Assembly: GCA_046597065.1 (NCBI GenBank)
Contig: JBKJLI010000003.1
Span: 221,151 to 285,150 of the forward strand
Length of the DNA stretch: 64,000 nt
Reading direction: 5' to 3'
DNA from: Candidatus Saccharimonadia bacterium
Lineage (GTDB): Bacteria; Patescibacteriota; Saccharimonadia; UBA4664; SCTI01
Position numbers and translations under genes: made by a program. Shown one piece after another: positions 19,889 to 28,772 of the stretch. The first letter of the stretch is position 1. Each line of letters starts with the position of its first letter. Below the pieces are notes generated by a model that searched no databases, was not told the origin of the DNA, and saw only the letters and a program-made list of their open reading frames with translations.

Positions 19889-22774
19889 ATGGGGAATATG
19901 GATTTAGAGTCACTCAATCCGGTACAGCGCCAGGCCGTAAAACATGTCGATGGCCCCGTTTTGGTGTTAGCCGGTGCCGGAACTGGTAAAACCCATCTGA
20001 TAACATCGCGTATCGGCTATCTAATACTTGAAAAAAAAGTTCCAGCTGAACGCATTGTGGCGCTGACCTTTACCGATAAGGCGGCTCGCGAGATGGAAGA
20101 ACGGGTTGATTCCATGCTCCCGTATGGTATGACCGATACCCGTATCACCACCTTTCACTCATTTGGTGAGCGGATTTTAGGACAGTATGCTCATGACATT
20201 GGACTGCCTCTCAATCTGAAACTGTTGACAAAATCTCAACAGTTAGTGTGGTTAAGGCAGCATATCGACCAGCTTGGCCTTGATTACTATGCACCAACTG
20301 GTGATCCCGGTAGCTATTTGGGCAGTTTAAGTAGTTACTTTTCGCGCCTTGCTGATGAGTTGGTAGATGAAAAGCGGTATCGGGAATACCTGTCAGCTCT
20401 AAAATTGGCCGCCAAAGATGATGCCTCGAAGTTAGAACTAACCCGCCATAACGAGCTGCTAGAGTCTTATCTGTTGTACCAGCAGCTTAAGCGTGAGCAA
20501 GGACTGATCGACTACGATGATCAGGTTGGCTTGGTTGTACAACTGTTCGAAACCCGTCCAAATGCACTTAAAGCTGTCCAGTCAGAGATAGATTATTTGA
20601 TGGTTGATGAGTTTCAAGACACTAACCGGGTCCAAAACCGCTTGCTTGAACTACTAGCCGGCTCAACTGGCAATCTGATGGTTGTAGGCGATGATGACCA
20701 AAGTATCTACCGCTTTCGAGGTGCTGCTATCAGTAACATTATGGAGTTTGGCCAGCATTTTAAAAGCCCAGAGAGCCTAGTTTTAACCGAGAACTACCGC
20801 TCAACTCAAGAGGTGCTTGATACGGCTTATCGGCTTATTCAGCACAACAACCCCGATCGTCTCGAAGCCAAGCAAGGCTTAAGCAAGTACCTGACGGCAC
20901 AAAGTAGTGGGCCAATGCCAGTGGTACTGGTTTTGCCAACTTTTAGTCTAGAGGCCGATGCCATCGCCAGCGATATTAAGCGTCGCATTGAACTGGGGCA
21001 ATCGCCAGATAGTATCGCCATTCTCTTGCGTAAAAAGAATCAGGCAGACAGCATAAGCTACGCTTTACGCCGCCATGGTGTTGATTATCACTTTAGCGAC
21101 AGCCAAAGCTTGTATGATCAGCCCGAAATCGCTTCTATATTACACTTCTTGCAAGTATTAACCGACCCAACCGATTCTAAAGCTCTTTATCATCTGTTGG
21201 CGAGTGATGTTGTAAAAATAAATCTGGCGTTATTAATGCAACAATCGGCTTTGGCGCGACGCCAAAACCATACTTTAGAACAACATTTAAGACTAGCCAG
21301 CGCCGACGATTTGGGCGATGAATCGACGGCAATCGGCCACTTTTTAAGCCAGCTTGATATCTGGCGCCAGCAGACTAAGCGACTCTCGGCCGGAGAACTG
21401 CTGTTCCAGTTTTGTGATGATACCGGCTTAATTAAAAAACTTGTTCAGGAGGCCAACGAAAATCCCGCGGCTGCCAATCAGGTTAAGAACGTTGGGCGCC
21501 TGTTTGCTATTGCCAGCGAGTTTGAACAGGTTACCACCGACCGTTCACCAATTGCCTTTGCCCAAGCCGTGGCCGATTTGCGCTCGGCGGGGGAGGAGCC
21601 TGAAGCCACCGACCCCGAAGCGGTTGCCGACCAGGTAAGAATTATGACCATCCATAAGTCTAAGGGCCTCGAATTTGATGTTGTATATATCTTTGATTTA
21701 ACCAAGGGCAGCTTTCCAGGAGCGAATCGCAGGCCGGCGATCGACCTTCCTCCCGAACTCGCCAGCAGTCATCAAGACCCGGCCACCGCACACCTGCAAG
21801 AGGAGCGGCGCTTAATGTACGTAGCTATGACCCGTGCTAAAACCGATCTGATTATGACCTATTCGCCAGATCACGGCGGTAAACTGGCCAAAAAACCATC
21901 GCCATTTATTGCTGAGGCACTAGGGGTAGAGCCACCCACTTTGGATCCTTCGTCAAACCAGACCGCCTCGATTCAACAGGAGTTGGAGCTGTTTCGGCCC
22001 ACCCCAATGGCCCATCTGTCGGATCGTTGGTCACCAGATTCAACCATCACTCTTACCCCTCACCAAATTGACGACTACCTAAGTTGCCCAGCCAACTTTC
22101 ATTACCGACACGTTTTGATGGTGCCTGAGCCACCAGTACCGGCCTTAATGTATGGAAACCTCATCCACGCCGCTATAGGCCGCTTCTACGCCTTAGAACG
22201 AGCCAAAACGCTTATGCTAGAGCCGCTGATAGGGATGGTCGACAGTCTGTGGCGTAGCGATGGCTTTATTTCGGAGGGGCAAGAGGCAAAGCGGCGCAAG
22301 CAGGCTAGCCAAACTATCGAGCAGTTTTATAACCGAGAAGGCGATACCAAGCGCCGCCCGCGACACATCGAGCGCTCATTCGAGATTAAGCTCGATGATA
22401 TTGATGTAGTAGTCCGAGGTCGCATTGATGCGGTTTACGTTGAGGGCGACCAGATTGAGATCCGCGATTACAAAACCAGTGCCGTAACTGATCAAAAGAA
22501 GGCCGATGCTAAAGCCAAGTCTAGCGTTCAGCTGCTAATTTACGCCCTGGCTTGGAATCAGCTTACCGGTCAACTTCCAACCAAGCTGACGCTAGATTTT
22601 GTCGATACCGGGCTAATGGGTAGTTTTGTGCCGACTCTAGCCGATCTTGATAAAACTCGTCAACAAATTGCCATAGTGGCAAAAGGCATACGCAACGGCG
22701 AATTTAGTGCAAGCGGCAACTGTTTTTACTGCTCGCATCCTAAAACACCTATTGGAACTGAGGCTTCAAAGTGA
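19889..22774 (+). CDS. UvrD/PcrA-family helicase fused to a C-terminal RecB/Cas4-like PD-(D/E)xK nuclease
   Basis: Walker A GAGTGKTH and helicase motifs through residue ~640. The C-terminus carries GRIDAV...EIRDYKTS (D-E-K nuclease core) plus Cys in SCPANFHY and GNCFYCSHP, a possible Fe-S or Zn cluster. Confidence 0.75.
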   Translation: MGNMDLESLNPVQRQAVKHVDGPVLVLAGAGTGKTHLITSRIGYLILEKKVPAERIVALTFTDKAAREMEERVDSMLPYGMTDTRITTFHSFGERILGQYAHDIGLPLNLKLLTKSQQLVWLRQHIDQLGLDYYAPTGDPGSYLGSLSSYFSRLADELVDEKRYREYLSALKLAAKDDASKLELTRHNELLESYLLYQQLKREQGLIDYDDQVGLVVQLFETRPNALKAVQSEIDYLMVDEFQDTNRVQNRLLELLAGSTGNLMVVGDDDQSIYRFRGAAISNIMEFGQHFKSPESLVLTENYRSTQEVLDTAYRLIQHNNPDRLEAKQGLSKYLTAQSSGPMPVVLVLPTFSLEADAIASDIKRRIELGQSPDSIAILLRKKNQADSISYALRRHGVDYHFSDSQSLYDQPEIASILHFLQVLTDPTDSKALYHLLASDVVKINLALLMQQSALARRQNHTLEQHLRLASADDLGDESTAIGHFLSQLDIWRQQTKRLSAGELLFQFCDDTGLIKKLVQEANENPAAANQVKNVGRLFAIASEFEQVTTDRSPIAFAQAVADLRSAGEEPEATDPEAVADQVRIMTIHKSKGLEFDVVYIFDLTKGSFPGANRRPAIDLPPELASSHQDPATAHLQEERRLMYVAMTRAKTDLIMTYSPDHGGKLAKKPSPFIAEALGVEPPTLDPSSNQTASIQQELELFRPTPMAHLSDRWSPDSTITLTPHQIDDYLSCPANFHYRHVLMVPEPPVPALMYGNLIHAAIGRFYALERAKTLMLEPLIGMVDSLWRSDGFISEGQEAKRRKQASQTIEQFYNREGDTKRRPRHIERSFEIKLDDIDVVVRGRIDAVYVEGDQIEIRDYKTSAVTDQKKADAKAKSSVQLLIYALAWNQLTGQLPTKLTLDFVDTGLMGSFVPTLADLDKTRQQIAIVAKGIRNGEFSASGNCFYCSHPKTPIGTEASK

Positions 22775-23286
22775 GCGATATAAATACAGTTCGATTAGCG
22801 TCATCTGATCAGCCGGAACTACGTGACGATATCTGGCTGCAAGAGTTGCTCGATGCCACTTGGGATAAGCACTTTAGTGAGGTTCCGCAAGCCAATATAG
22901 TGCGGATCGTTTTTGGCAAACGGGCTAAGCGTCAGCTGGGGTCAATCCGCCTCGATCGTAAAGATCCCAGCGTTACTATCATCACGATGAATGGGCTATT
23001 CCGTCATATCGAGATTCCAAGTGAGATCGTGCAGGCCACTTTGGTGCACGAGTTGATTCACTACGCCCACGGTTTTAATTCGCCTCTAGAGCAGCAACAT
23101 AAGCACCCCCACGCCGGTGGCGTCATCCGTCAAGAGTACGCCGAGCGTGGACTAGAGCAAATGTATCTTGATCAAAAAAAGTGGCTCAAGGCCAACTGGC
23201 CAGGTGTAGTTAATCGCCATTTAGGTTCATACCACCCCAAACCAAGGCGTCGAGGGAGCGTTATTCGCAAGCCATTCTGGCTGTAA
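22771..23286 (+). CDS. SprT-like / DUF45-type HExxH zinc metallohydrolase
   Basis: HELIHYAHG zinc-binding motif. The GTG start overlaps the upstream TGA (GTGA), so translation is coupled to the helicase-nuclease. Confidence 0.55.
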   Translation: MSDINTVRLASSDQPELRDDIWLQELLDATWDKHFSEVPQANIVRIVFGKRAKRQLGSIRLDRKDPSVTIITMNGLFRHIEIPSEIVQATLVHELIHYAHGFNSPLEQQHKHPHAGGVIRQEYAERGLEQMYLDQKKWLKANWPGVVNRHLGSYHPKPRRRGSVIRKPFWL

Positions 23287-23370
23287 AATTGGCAGCCGTA
23301 TCTTAAGCAGCTATAATCTATTCCCAATGACTACGCCAAGGTACCAGCCATAAAAATCATTCAACTCAAC

Positions 23371-24084
23371 TTGTGGGGTGGTCGGTTATTTCACTCGATT
23401 GATCACTTTCTTAAAAACCATGTTGCCGATATTGTTTGTGTTCAAGAAGCTTTAAGCTATAAAGACGGTAAAGATTTTGCCTTTTTGGGTAGCATCGAGC
23501 GGTTTGCTCGTATTGGTGGCTATAAGTACATTGCTTTCGCACCAGTCTATGACTTTTCTTATCTCAATGGACGGGCCCAATTTGGCAACGCTATTTTAAG
23601 TCGTCACCCCCTTACCGACATCAAGACCATTTTTACTCGAGGTGAGCTACTACCTAATATGAATTTTGATATTGCAGATCACAACGTACGCAACTTTATC
23701 TCCGCGAAAGTTAAAGTTAACGGTAAAAGCTACAACATCATCAACCACCATGGACACGTTGTGCACGAACATAAGAATGGCACTGCAGAAACCACCCGAC
23801 AGATGAAGATGATTGCCGACTACTTAGATTCACTCACAGGCAAAATCGTTTTTTGCGGAGATCTAAATATTATTCCTAATAGTCCGTCTCTTGAGCCGCT
23901 AAATCAGCGATTACGTAATTTAACAGCCGAGTATAAGCTGGAGACTACTCGTACTGAATTAACTGTTCTCGATGAGCCTTGCGATTATATTTTTGTAAGT
24001 AAGGATATTGAAGTCGCAACATTTAGGGCGCTTCCAGATTTAGTATCTGATCATATGCCATTATTGGCAGAGCTGGACTCTTAA
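23371..24084 (+). CDS. endonuclease/exonuclease/phosphatase (EEP) family protein
   Basis: IVCVQE near the N-terminus and a C-terminal SDHMPLLAEL, matching the EEP SDHxP motif. The start codon is uncertain (a TTG in the ORF track). Confidence 0.7.
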   Translation: MWGGRLFHSIDHFLKNHVADIVCVQEALSYKDGKDFAFLGSIERFARIGGYKYIAFAPVYDFSYLNGRAQFGNAILSRHPLTDIKTIFTRGELLPNMNFDIADHNVRNFISAKVKVNGKSYNIINHHGHVVHEHKNGTAETTRQMKMIADYLDSLTGKIVFCGDLNIIPNSPSLEPLNQRLRNLTAEYKLETTRTELTVLDEPCDYIFVSKDIEVATFRALPDLVSDHMPLLAELDS

Positions 24085-24092
24085 ATAATTCC

Positions 24093-24169
24093 TGGTCGGG
24101 GTGAGAGGACTCGAACCTCCGACCTCAGCAACCCGAATGCTGCACGCTAGCCAACTGCGCCACACCCCG
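24093..24169 (-). tRNA. tRNA-Pro (anticodon CGG)
   Basis: Cloverleaf read from the - strand: acceptor CGGGGTG paired with CACCCCG, anticodon arm CAGCA-TTCGGGT-TGCTG, T-arm GGAGGTTCGAGTCCTCT, and encoded CCA. Confidence 0.75.
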
Positions 24170-24295
24170 ACAACAGGTGTAATCATAGCTTAAAGACCAC
24201 TTTAAGCCTAGTCCGTAAACGTCGAAACGCCCCGACCCGGTAAGGGTCAGGGCGTCAGGTGGCCTAGCCAAGATGTACAATCGGGCGTTGGTTTG

Positions 24296-24550
24296 TCAGT
24301 CGAAATTGCGAGGGTTAGTGCCGGGCGGAAGCCTGGAATCACCATCGCCCCGATCGCTGCGTCTACCTGGTGAAATCTTCGCGCGACCGGATTCGGTCTT
24401 ACTGGATTTGCGACCGATTGGGCGAGACTTTAGCTCAAACTCCTTCAATACAACCGTTGTCATCTCGCCACATCCTGGGCAGGGCTGTCCTCTGCGTAGG
24501 TTACGTGCTGGTTCGTTGCACTTTACACAGACATGCCGTTTTACGATCAT
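24296..24550 (-). CDS. small zinc-ribbon protein (CxxC...CxxC) with a basic disordered tail, hypothetical
   Basis: The ORF begins MIVKRHVCVKCNEPARNLRRGQPCPGCGE. A GGAG RBS lies 8 nt upstream. An extended -10 TGTTATAAT on the - strand sits at 24596-24588. The region is GC-rich (~58%). Confidence 0.45.
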   Translation of the reverse strand: MIVKRHVCVKCNEPARNLRRGQPCPGCGEMTTVVLKEFELKSRPIGRKSSKTESGRAKISPGRRSDRGDGDSRLPPGTNPRNFD

Positions 24551-24737
24551 GCTTACTCCAAGAGTAGTAGGTGCCTTGTCTGCTTAGTATTATAACATAT
24601 GTGACATTGTAAATCCAACAACGAGTTGCATATACTACAGATCGCAAATAATATTTTAGAAAGTATATATATGCGTTAGCGCAATAATATATTTGAGACT
24701 ATAGTAAAAACCGAACGAATACCGTACAATTTCTGAT

Positions 24738-25787
24738 ATGGAAATCATCACAGCTGCCGTGATTCTTGCTGCTGCAATCCTGATTGCGGTTGGTGCATTG
24801 GTGTTGGTTCGCCGCCGCCCAGCTACCAGCAGCGATGGGCACTTGTTGCTCCAGGAGCAATTAGCCAAGTTGACCGAGAGGGTAGATGATCGATTAGATA
24901 AATCTAATGCCCATATGCAAGAAACTATGCGCCAACAGTTTAGGGAGTCTTCTAAGCTGATCACCGAAGTCACAGAGGGACTGGTTAAGCTGCAAAAGGG
25001 GAATGAACAGGTTGTTGATGTGGCAGAACGGTTACAGACCTTGCAAAATGTACTTCAGAACCCAAAGCAACGAGGAGTTCTCGGTGAGTATTATTTACAA
25101 CAAGTGCTTGAAAACACCTTAGCCCCGGCTCAGTTTGCTCTGCAACACAAGTTTAACAATGGCGATACCGTTGATGCGGTGATTTTTTTGGATAAGAATA
25201 AGCTCTTACCCGTTGATTCCAAGTTCTCGCTAGAAAACTACAACCGCTTAGTTGATGAAAAAAACGCAGCTAACCGAGAAGCCTTAATTAAATCCTTTAA
25301 GACCGATCTAAAGACGCGAATTGATGAAACCTCAAAATATATTCGCCCAGATGAGGGAACTATGGACTTTGCCTTTATGTTCATTCCGTCTGAAGCAATC
25401 TATTATGATCTGTTAATTAACAAGGTTGGAACGGTTCAAACCAACTCTCGCGATCTGATCGAGTACGCCTTTCGTGATAAGCATGTGGTAATTGTGTCGC
25501 CAACTTCGTTTATGGCTTACTTGCAAACCGTGTTACAGGGATTGCGCTCACTTCAAATCGAAGAGCAAGCCAAGGAGATTCAAGTACGAGTAGGTCAGTT
25601 AGGGCGACATTTGCAAAGTTACGATCAGTTCATGCAAAAGCTCGGCAATTCACTCGGCACTACTGTTGGTCATTTTAACAACGCCCATAAAGAGCTAAAA
25701 AAGGTTGATAAAGACATTGTTAAAATCGCCGATAGCTCACCCGTAGTCGAAGCGCTACTAGTCGACAAGCCGACCGTAGACGAGTAG
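24738..25787 (+). CDS. rmuC: DNA recombination protein RmuC
   Basis: An N-terminal TM segment, a coiled-coil region and an RmuC C-terminal domain (FMFIPSEAIYYDLL...SPTSFMAYLQTV). Confidence 0.7.
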   Translation: MEIITAAVILAAAILIAVGALVLVRRRPATSSDGHLLLQEQLAKLTERVDDRLDKSNAHMQETMRQQFRESSKLITEVTEGLVKLQKGNEQVVDVAERLQTLQNVLQNPKQRGVLGEYYLQQVLENTLAPAQFALQHKFNNGDTVDAVIFLDKNKLLPVDSKFSLENYNRLVDEKNAANREALIKSFKTDLKTRIDETSKYIRPDEGTMDFAFMFIPSEAIYYDLLINKVGTVQTNSRDLIEYAFRDKHVVIVSPTSFMAYLQTVLQGLRSLQIEEQAKEIQVRVGQLGRHLQSYDQFMQKLGNSLGTTVGHFNNAHKELKKVDKDIVKIADSSPVVEALLVDKPTVDE

Positions 25788-25791
25788 GATT

Positions 25792-26796
25792 ATGCCTATG
25801 AAGCGCGTTTTATCTGGCATTAAATCTAGCGGCGACGTTACCTTGGGTAACTACCTGGGGGCCATCAAGCGCTGGGTAGAGCAGCAACCCCAAATCGGCA
25901 GCAAAGTTGAGGAGCACTTTTACTTTGTGCCCAACCTACATGCCTTAACCACGCGGCCAAGCCCTAGCGTGTTGCATCATGACACGCTATCTAGCGTCGC
26001 CTGGCTACTGGCTGCCGGCATCGACCCAGCTAAGGTCACACTGTTCGTGCAGTCACAGGTAAAGGCTCACAGCGAGCTGTCGTGGATTTTTAGTAACTAT
26101 GTCACTATGGGCGAGCTAAACCGTATGACCCAGTTTAAGGATAAATCTAAGAAGAGCAGTTCTGAGGGCCAGTTGGTAGGTATGTACACCTACCCAGTGC
26201 TGATGGCGGCCGATATTTTGCTATATGACACCGATGAAGTACCGGTGGGAGATGATCAGAAACAGCATGTTGAGCTGACTCGTGATATCGCCGAACGGTT
26301 TAATAATCTGTACGGCACTATTTTTAAGGTTCCGCAACCGGTAGTGCCAGAGGTTGGCGCGAGGGTAATGAACTTGCAAGACCCAACCAGTAAAATGAGC
26401 AAAAGCGATGAAGATAGTTCAGGTAATATTCTCCTGACTGATAGTAGTGAGGTGATCCGCCAAAAAATTCAACGGGCGGTTACCGACTCTGGTAACGAGG
26501 TAAAGTTGGGTAAAGATAAACCAGCCCTAAACAACCTCATCGAGATCTTTGCGGTTACTACTAACCAATCAACTGCCGCAATTGAGCACCAGTTTGCAGG
26601 TGGGGGATACGGCGACTTTAAGAAAGCCTTGGCGGATGCCGTTGTTGAGCACTTGGAACCAATCCAGCACCGCCACCAGAAACTAATGAATGACAACCCT
26701 AAGCTATTGGCTATTTTAGACGATGGGCGAGCCAGGGCTACGGCAATAGCCGAAGCCAAACTCTCCCAGGTTAAGCATACGCTTGGCCTGTTGTAA
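25792..26796 (+). CDS. trpS: tryptophanyl-tRNA synthetase
   Basis: Class I aminoacyl-tRNA synthetase with a HIGH-like TLGNYLGA segment and a KMSKS motif. The length (334 aa) fits TrpRS. Confidence 0.85.
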   Translation: MPMKRVLSGIKSSGDVTLGNYLGAIKRWVEQQPQIGSKVEEHFYFVPNLHALTTRPSPSVLHHDTLSSVAWLLAAGIDPAKVTLFVQSQVKAHSELSWIFSNYVTMGELNRMTQFKDKSKKSSSEGQLVGMYTYPVLMAADILLYDTDEVPVGDDQKQHVELTRDIAERFNNLYGTIFKVPQPVVPEVGARVMNLQDPTSKMSKSDEDSSGNILLTDSSEVIRQKIQRAVTDSGNEVKLGKDKPALNNLIEIFAVTTNQSTAAIEHQFAGGGYGDFKKALADAVVEHLEPIQHRHQKLMNDNPKLLAILDDGRARATAIAEAKLSQVKHTLGLL

Positions 26797-26875
26797 TTAT
26801 CTGATATAAAACCCCAAAAATATCACTTAGATATGCACTAAAGCACTATTTACAACACATAATTACAGAGTACTG

Positions 26876-26905
26876 TTGACTTTTTTATATTGCTTATGCT
26901 AATAT
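26876..26905 (+). promoter_or_regulatory. sigma70 promoter: TTGACT, 18-nt spacer, TGcTAATAT (extended -10)
   Basis: Read directly from the sequence. No ORF follows for ~450 nt. Confidence 0.5.
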
Positions 26906-26911
26906 GTGAGC

Positions 26912-27328
26912 ATATTCAAAGGGTGCTTTGAATTCGAACCACTTCACAACCGAAATTATCCAGCTTTCACACCGACCAGTAAATGGTAGGACCGGCCCGG
27001 ACTTAGAGGTATCCCCCTTACTTTCTAAATCCGGACCTGTCCTACTGTTTTAGAGACACTCTTGCAACCAAATGTCTCGCTGGCTCTCGGAAAGATCCTG
27101 GCCGTGACCTTACGGTCGTGGTCAGTTACTTTCCGAGATACCTCACGATGGTAGTGATTGCACCTGTCTGCAACTTGCAGACTCCCAACCGAACCTCTTT
27201 GCTTCCTCCGGATGTAAGGACGTTCCTCGGGGCGACGGGCGCCAACTAAGTAATACAAGTCGGGCGGATCCTTGTCGCCCCGTTTACTTTTTCATTATCC
27301 CTCCCGCTGCCAGTCAGCGGGTTTTTTG
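26912..27328 (+). ncRNA. candidate ~415-nt GC-rich structured RNA, unclassified
   Basis: Bounded by the promoter and two tandem intrinsic terminators, with no credible ORF (the 27025..27258 - ORF reads as junk). It contains long hairpins, for example CTCGGAAAG...CTTTCCGAG. The complementary strand carries AAGTCCGGGCC, which is RNase P P4-like, but its position does not fit an RNase P fold. Confidence 0.3.
27262..27328 (+). terminator. tandem intrinsic terminators
   Basis: First, GGGCG-GATCCTTGT-CGCCC followed by CGTTTACTTTTT. Second, CCCGCTG-CCAGT-CAGCGGG followed by TTTTTTG. Confidence 0.55.
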
Positions 27329-27366
27329 ATTGAACCAGATGGGCTTTTTTGCCATAATGAGCACAA

Positions 27367-27750
27367 GTGAAAGAGGTTTATGTGGCAAGCGGCTACACTC
27401 GAACAGTTACATCAATCGGGCTAGTTGCCACAATTATCGTGGCGCTATTACTGTTAGTGACTAACCCAGCCATGGTCGGACCGCTAGGTGTTACAGCTTG
27501 GTTTCTAGCTTTACTAGTGGCTTTAAGCAGTTGGTTTGCCTTGGTAGCCTACTGGCTGGGGCAGCATCTACCATTTATGCGCTCATCCGAACATGACCAA
27601 GGTGATAGTCGTCGCCGAGGCCTTTTTTTGGGTGGTTTTGTGGTGATTATGCTCGGCCTAAGTAGCCTTCATCAGCTTGGAGTACGAGATGCATTACTAT
27701 TAGGGTTACTCTTGTTGTTGGTCGAGTTCTACGTGGTGGCGCGACGATGA
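27367..27750 (+). CDS. small integral membrane protein, hypothetical
   Basis: Three or four hydrophobic helices. The stop overlaps the pheS start. Confidence 0.45.
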   Translation: MKEVYVASGYTRTVTSIGLVATIIVALLLLVTNPAMVGPLGVTAWFLALLVALSSWFALVAYWLGQHLPFMRSSEHDQGDSRRRGLFLGGFVVIMLGLSSLHQLGVRDALLLGLLLLLVEFYVVARR

Positions 27751-28772
27751 GTAAAACTGACAACGACGGGTTGCTAACCAGTCTGGGTGAGCAGCTTGAG
27801 CAGGCCAACGGTACTCAGCAACTCGATAAGTTAAGGGTTGAGTATTTGGGGCGACAGGGCAGCATCACCAAGTTATTACGCGAGCTAGGAACGCTACCAG
27901 CCAATCAGAGAGCCGCAGAGGGGGCCAAGTTGAACGCTATACGGGTAGAAGCCGAGAAACTATTTAACAAGCACCTGGTACGACTTGAGGGCGCAAACTT
28001 AGCGCAATCCGCTTCCGATATAACTTTAGACGTCACTGCGCCGGTTGAACTGCCCCTAGCCCGAGGTCACGCCCACCCGGTATTAAGCATTATTGATGAC
28101 GCCGTGCGCACTTATTGGCAGCTGGGATTTACCGTAATTGATGGCCCCGAGATCGAAAACGAATGGTACAACTTTGAGGCACTTAACATTCCGGTAGGCC
28201 ACCCGGCGCGAGATCTGCAGGACACTTTTTACCTCGATGGTGGCAATTTGCCTCGCACTCACACCTCTAATCTGCAAATTCGCTACATGGAAGAACACAA
28301 ACCACCGATACGGATCGTTTCACCGGGAAAGGCCTATCGCAATGAAGATGAAGATGCTCGCCACGTATGGATGTTTCATCAGATAGAGGGCTTGGTTGTA
28401 GATGAGGGTGTGACCTTGGCCGACCTTAAGGGCACGCTACTTGCAATGATGCAGGGCTTACTTGGTGAAGGCACTCAAGTGCGCCTACGGCCCAATTACT
28501 TTCCGTATGTAGAGCCGGGAGTAGAGCTCGATGCCACTTGTGTAATCTGTAGAGGCAAAGGTTGTAAGACTTGCTCGGGTACCGGTTGGCTAGAGCTGGG
28601 AGGGGCCGGCATGGTACATCCCCAAGTTTTACTCAACGTTGGCATTGATCCCACCAAGTACAGTGGTTTTGCCTTTGGGTTTGGGCTAGAGCGAATCGCC
28701 GCAATAAAACACAACGTCGCCGATATACGAGAGTTTTGGCGGCCTAACCTTAACTTTTTGGAGCACTTTTAA
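27747..28772 (+). CDS. pheS: phenylalanyl-tRNA synthetase alpha subunit
   Basis: Class II motifs are present, including FRPNYFPYVEPG and GFAFGFGLERIA. Confidence 0.9.
   Translation: MSKTDNDGLLTSLGEQLEQANGTQQLDKLRVEYLGRQGSITKLLRELGTLPANQRAAEGAKLNAIRVEAEKLFNKHLVRLEGANLAQSASDITLDVTAPVELPLARGHAHPVLSIIDDAVRTYWQLGFTVIDGPEIENEWYNFEALNIPVGHPARDLQDTFYLDGGNLPRTHTSNLQIRYMEEHKPPIRIVSPGKAYRNEDEDARHVWMFHQIEGLVVDEGVTLADLKGTLLAMMQGLLGEGTQVRLRPNYFPYVEPGVELDATCVICRGKGCKTCSGTGWLELGGAGMVHPQVLLNVGIDPTKYSGFAFGFGLERIAAIKHNVADIREFWRPNLNFLEHF

Noticed and set aside
24273-24587. A + strand 104-aa ORF and a 65-aa ORF overlapping the zinc-ribbon gene region
   Set aside because: No RBS or promoter. The - strand ORF has a better start context (extended -10, GGAG RBS) and a recognisable CxxC...CxxC pattern.
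26912-27328. Attempt to call this locus (and 487-1116, 24200-24560) as RNase P RNA
   Set aside because: P4-like strings (AAGTCCGGGCC on the - strand of 26985; ACTCCGGGCGG in locus 1; GGTAAGGGTCAGGGCG in 24230-24252) are on the wrong strand or at the wrong position for either type A or type B architecture. I cannot make the assignment without covariance-model scanning.
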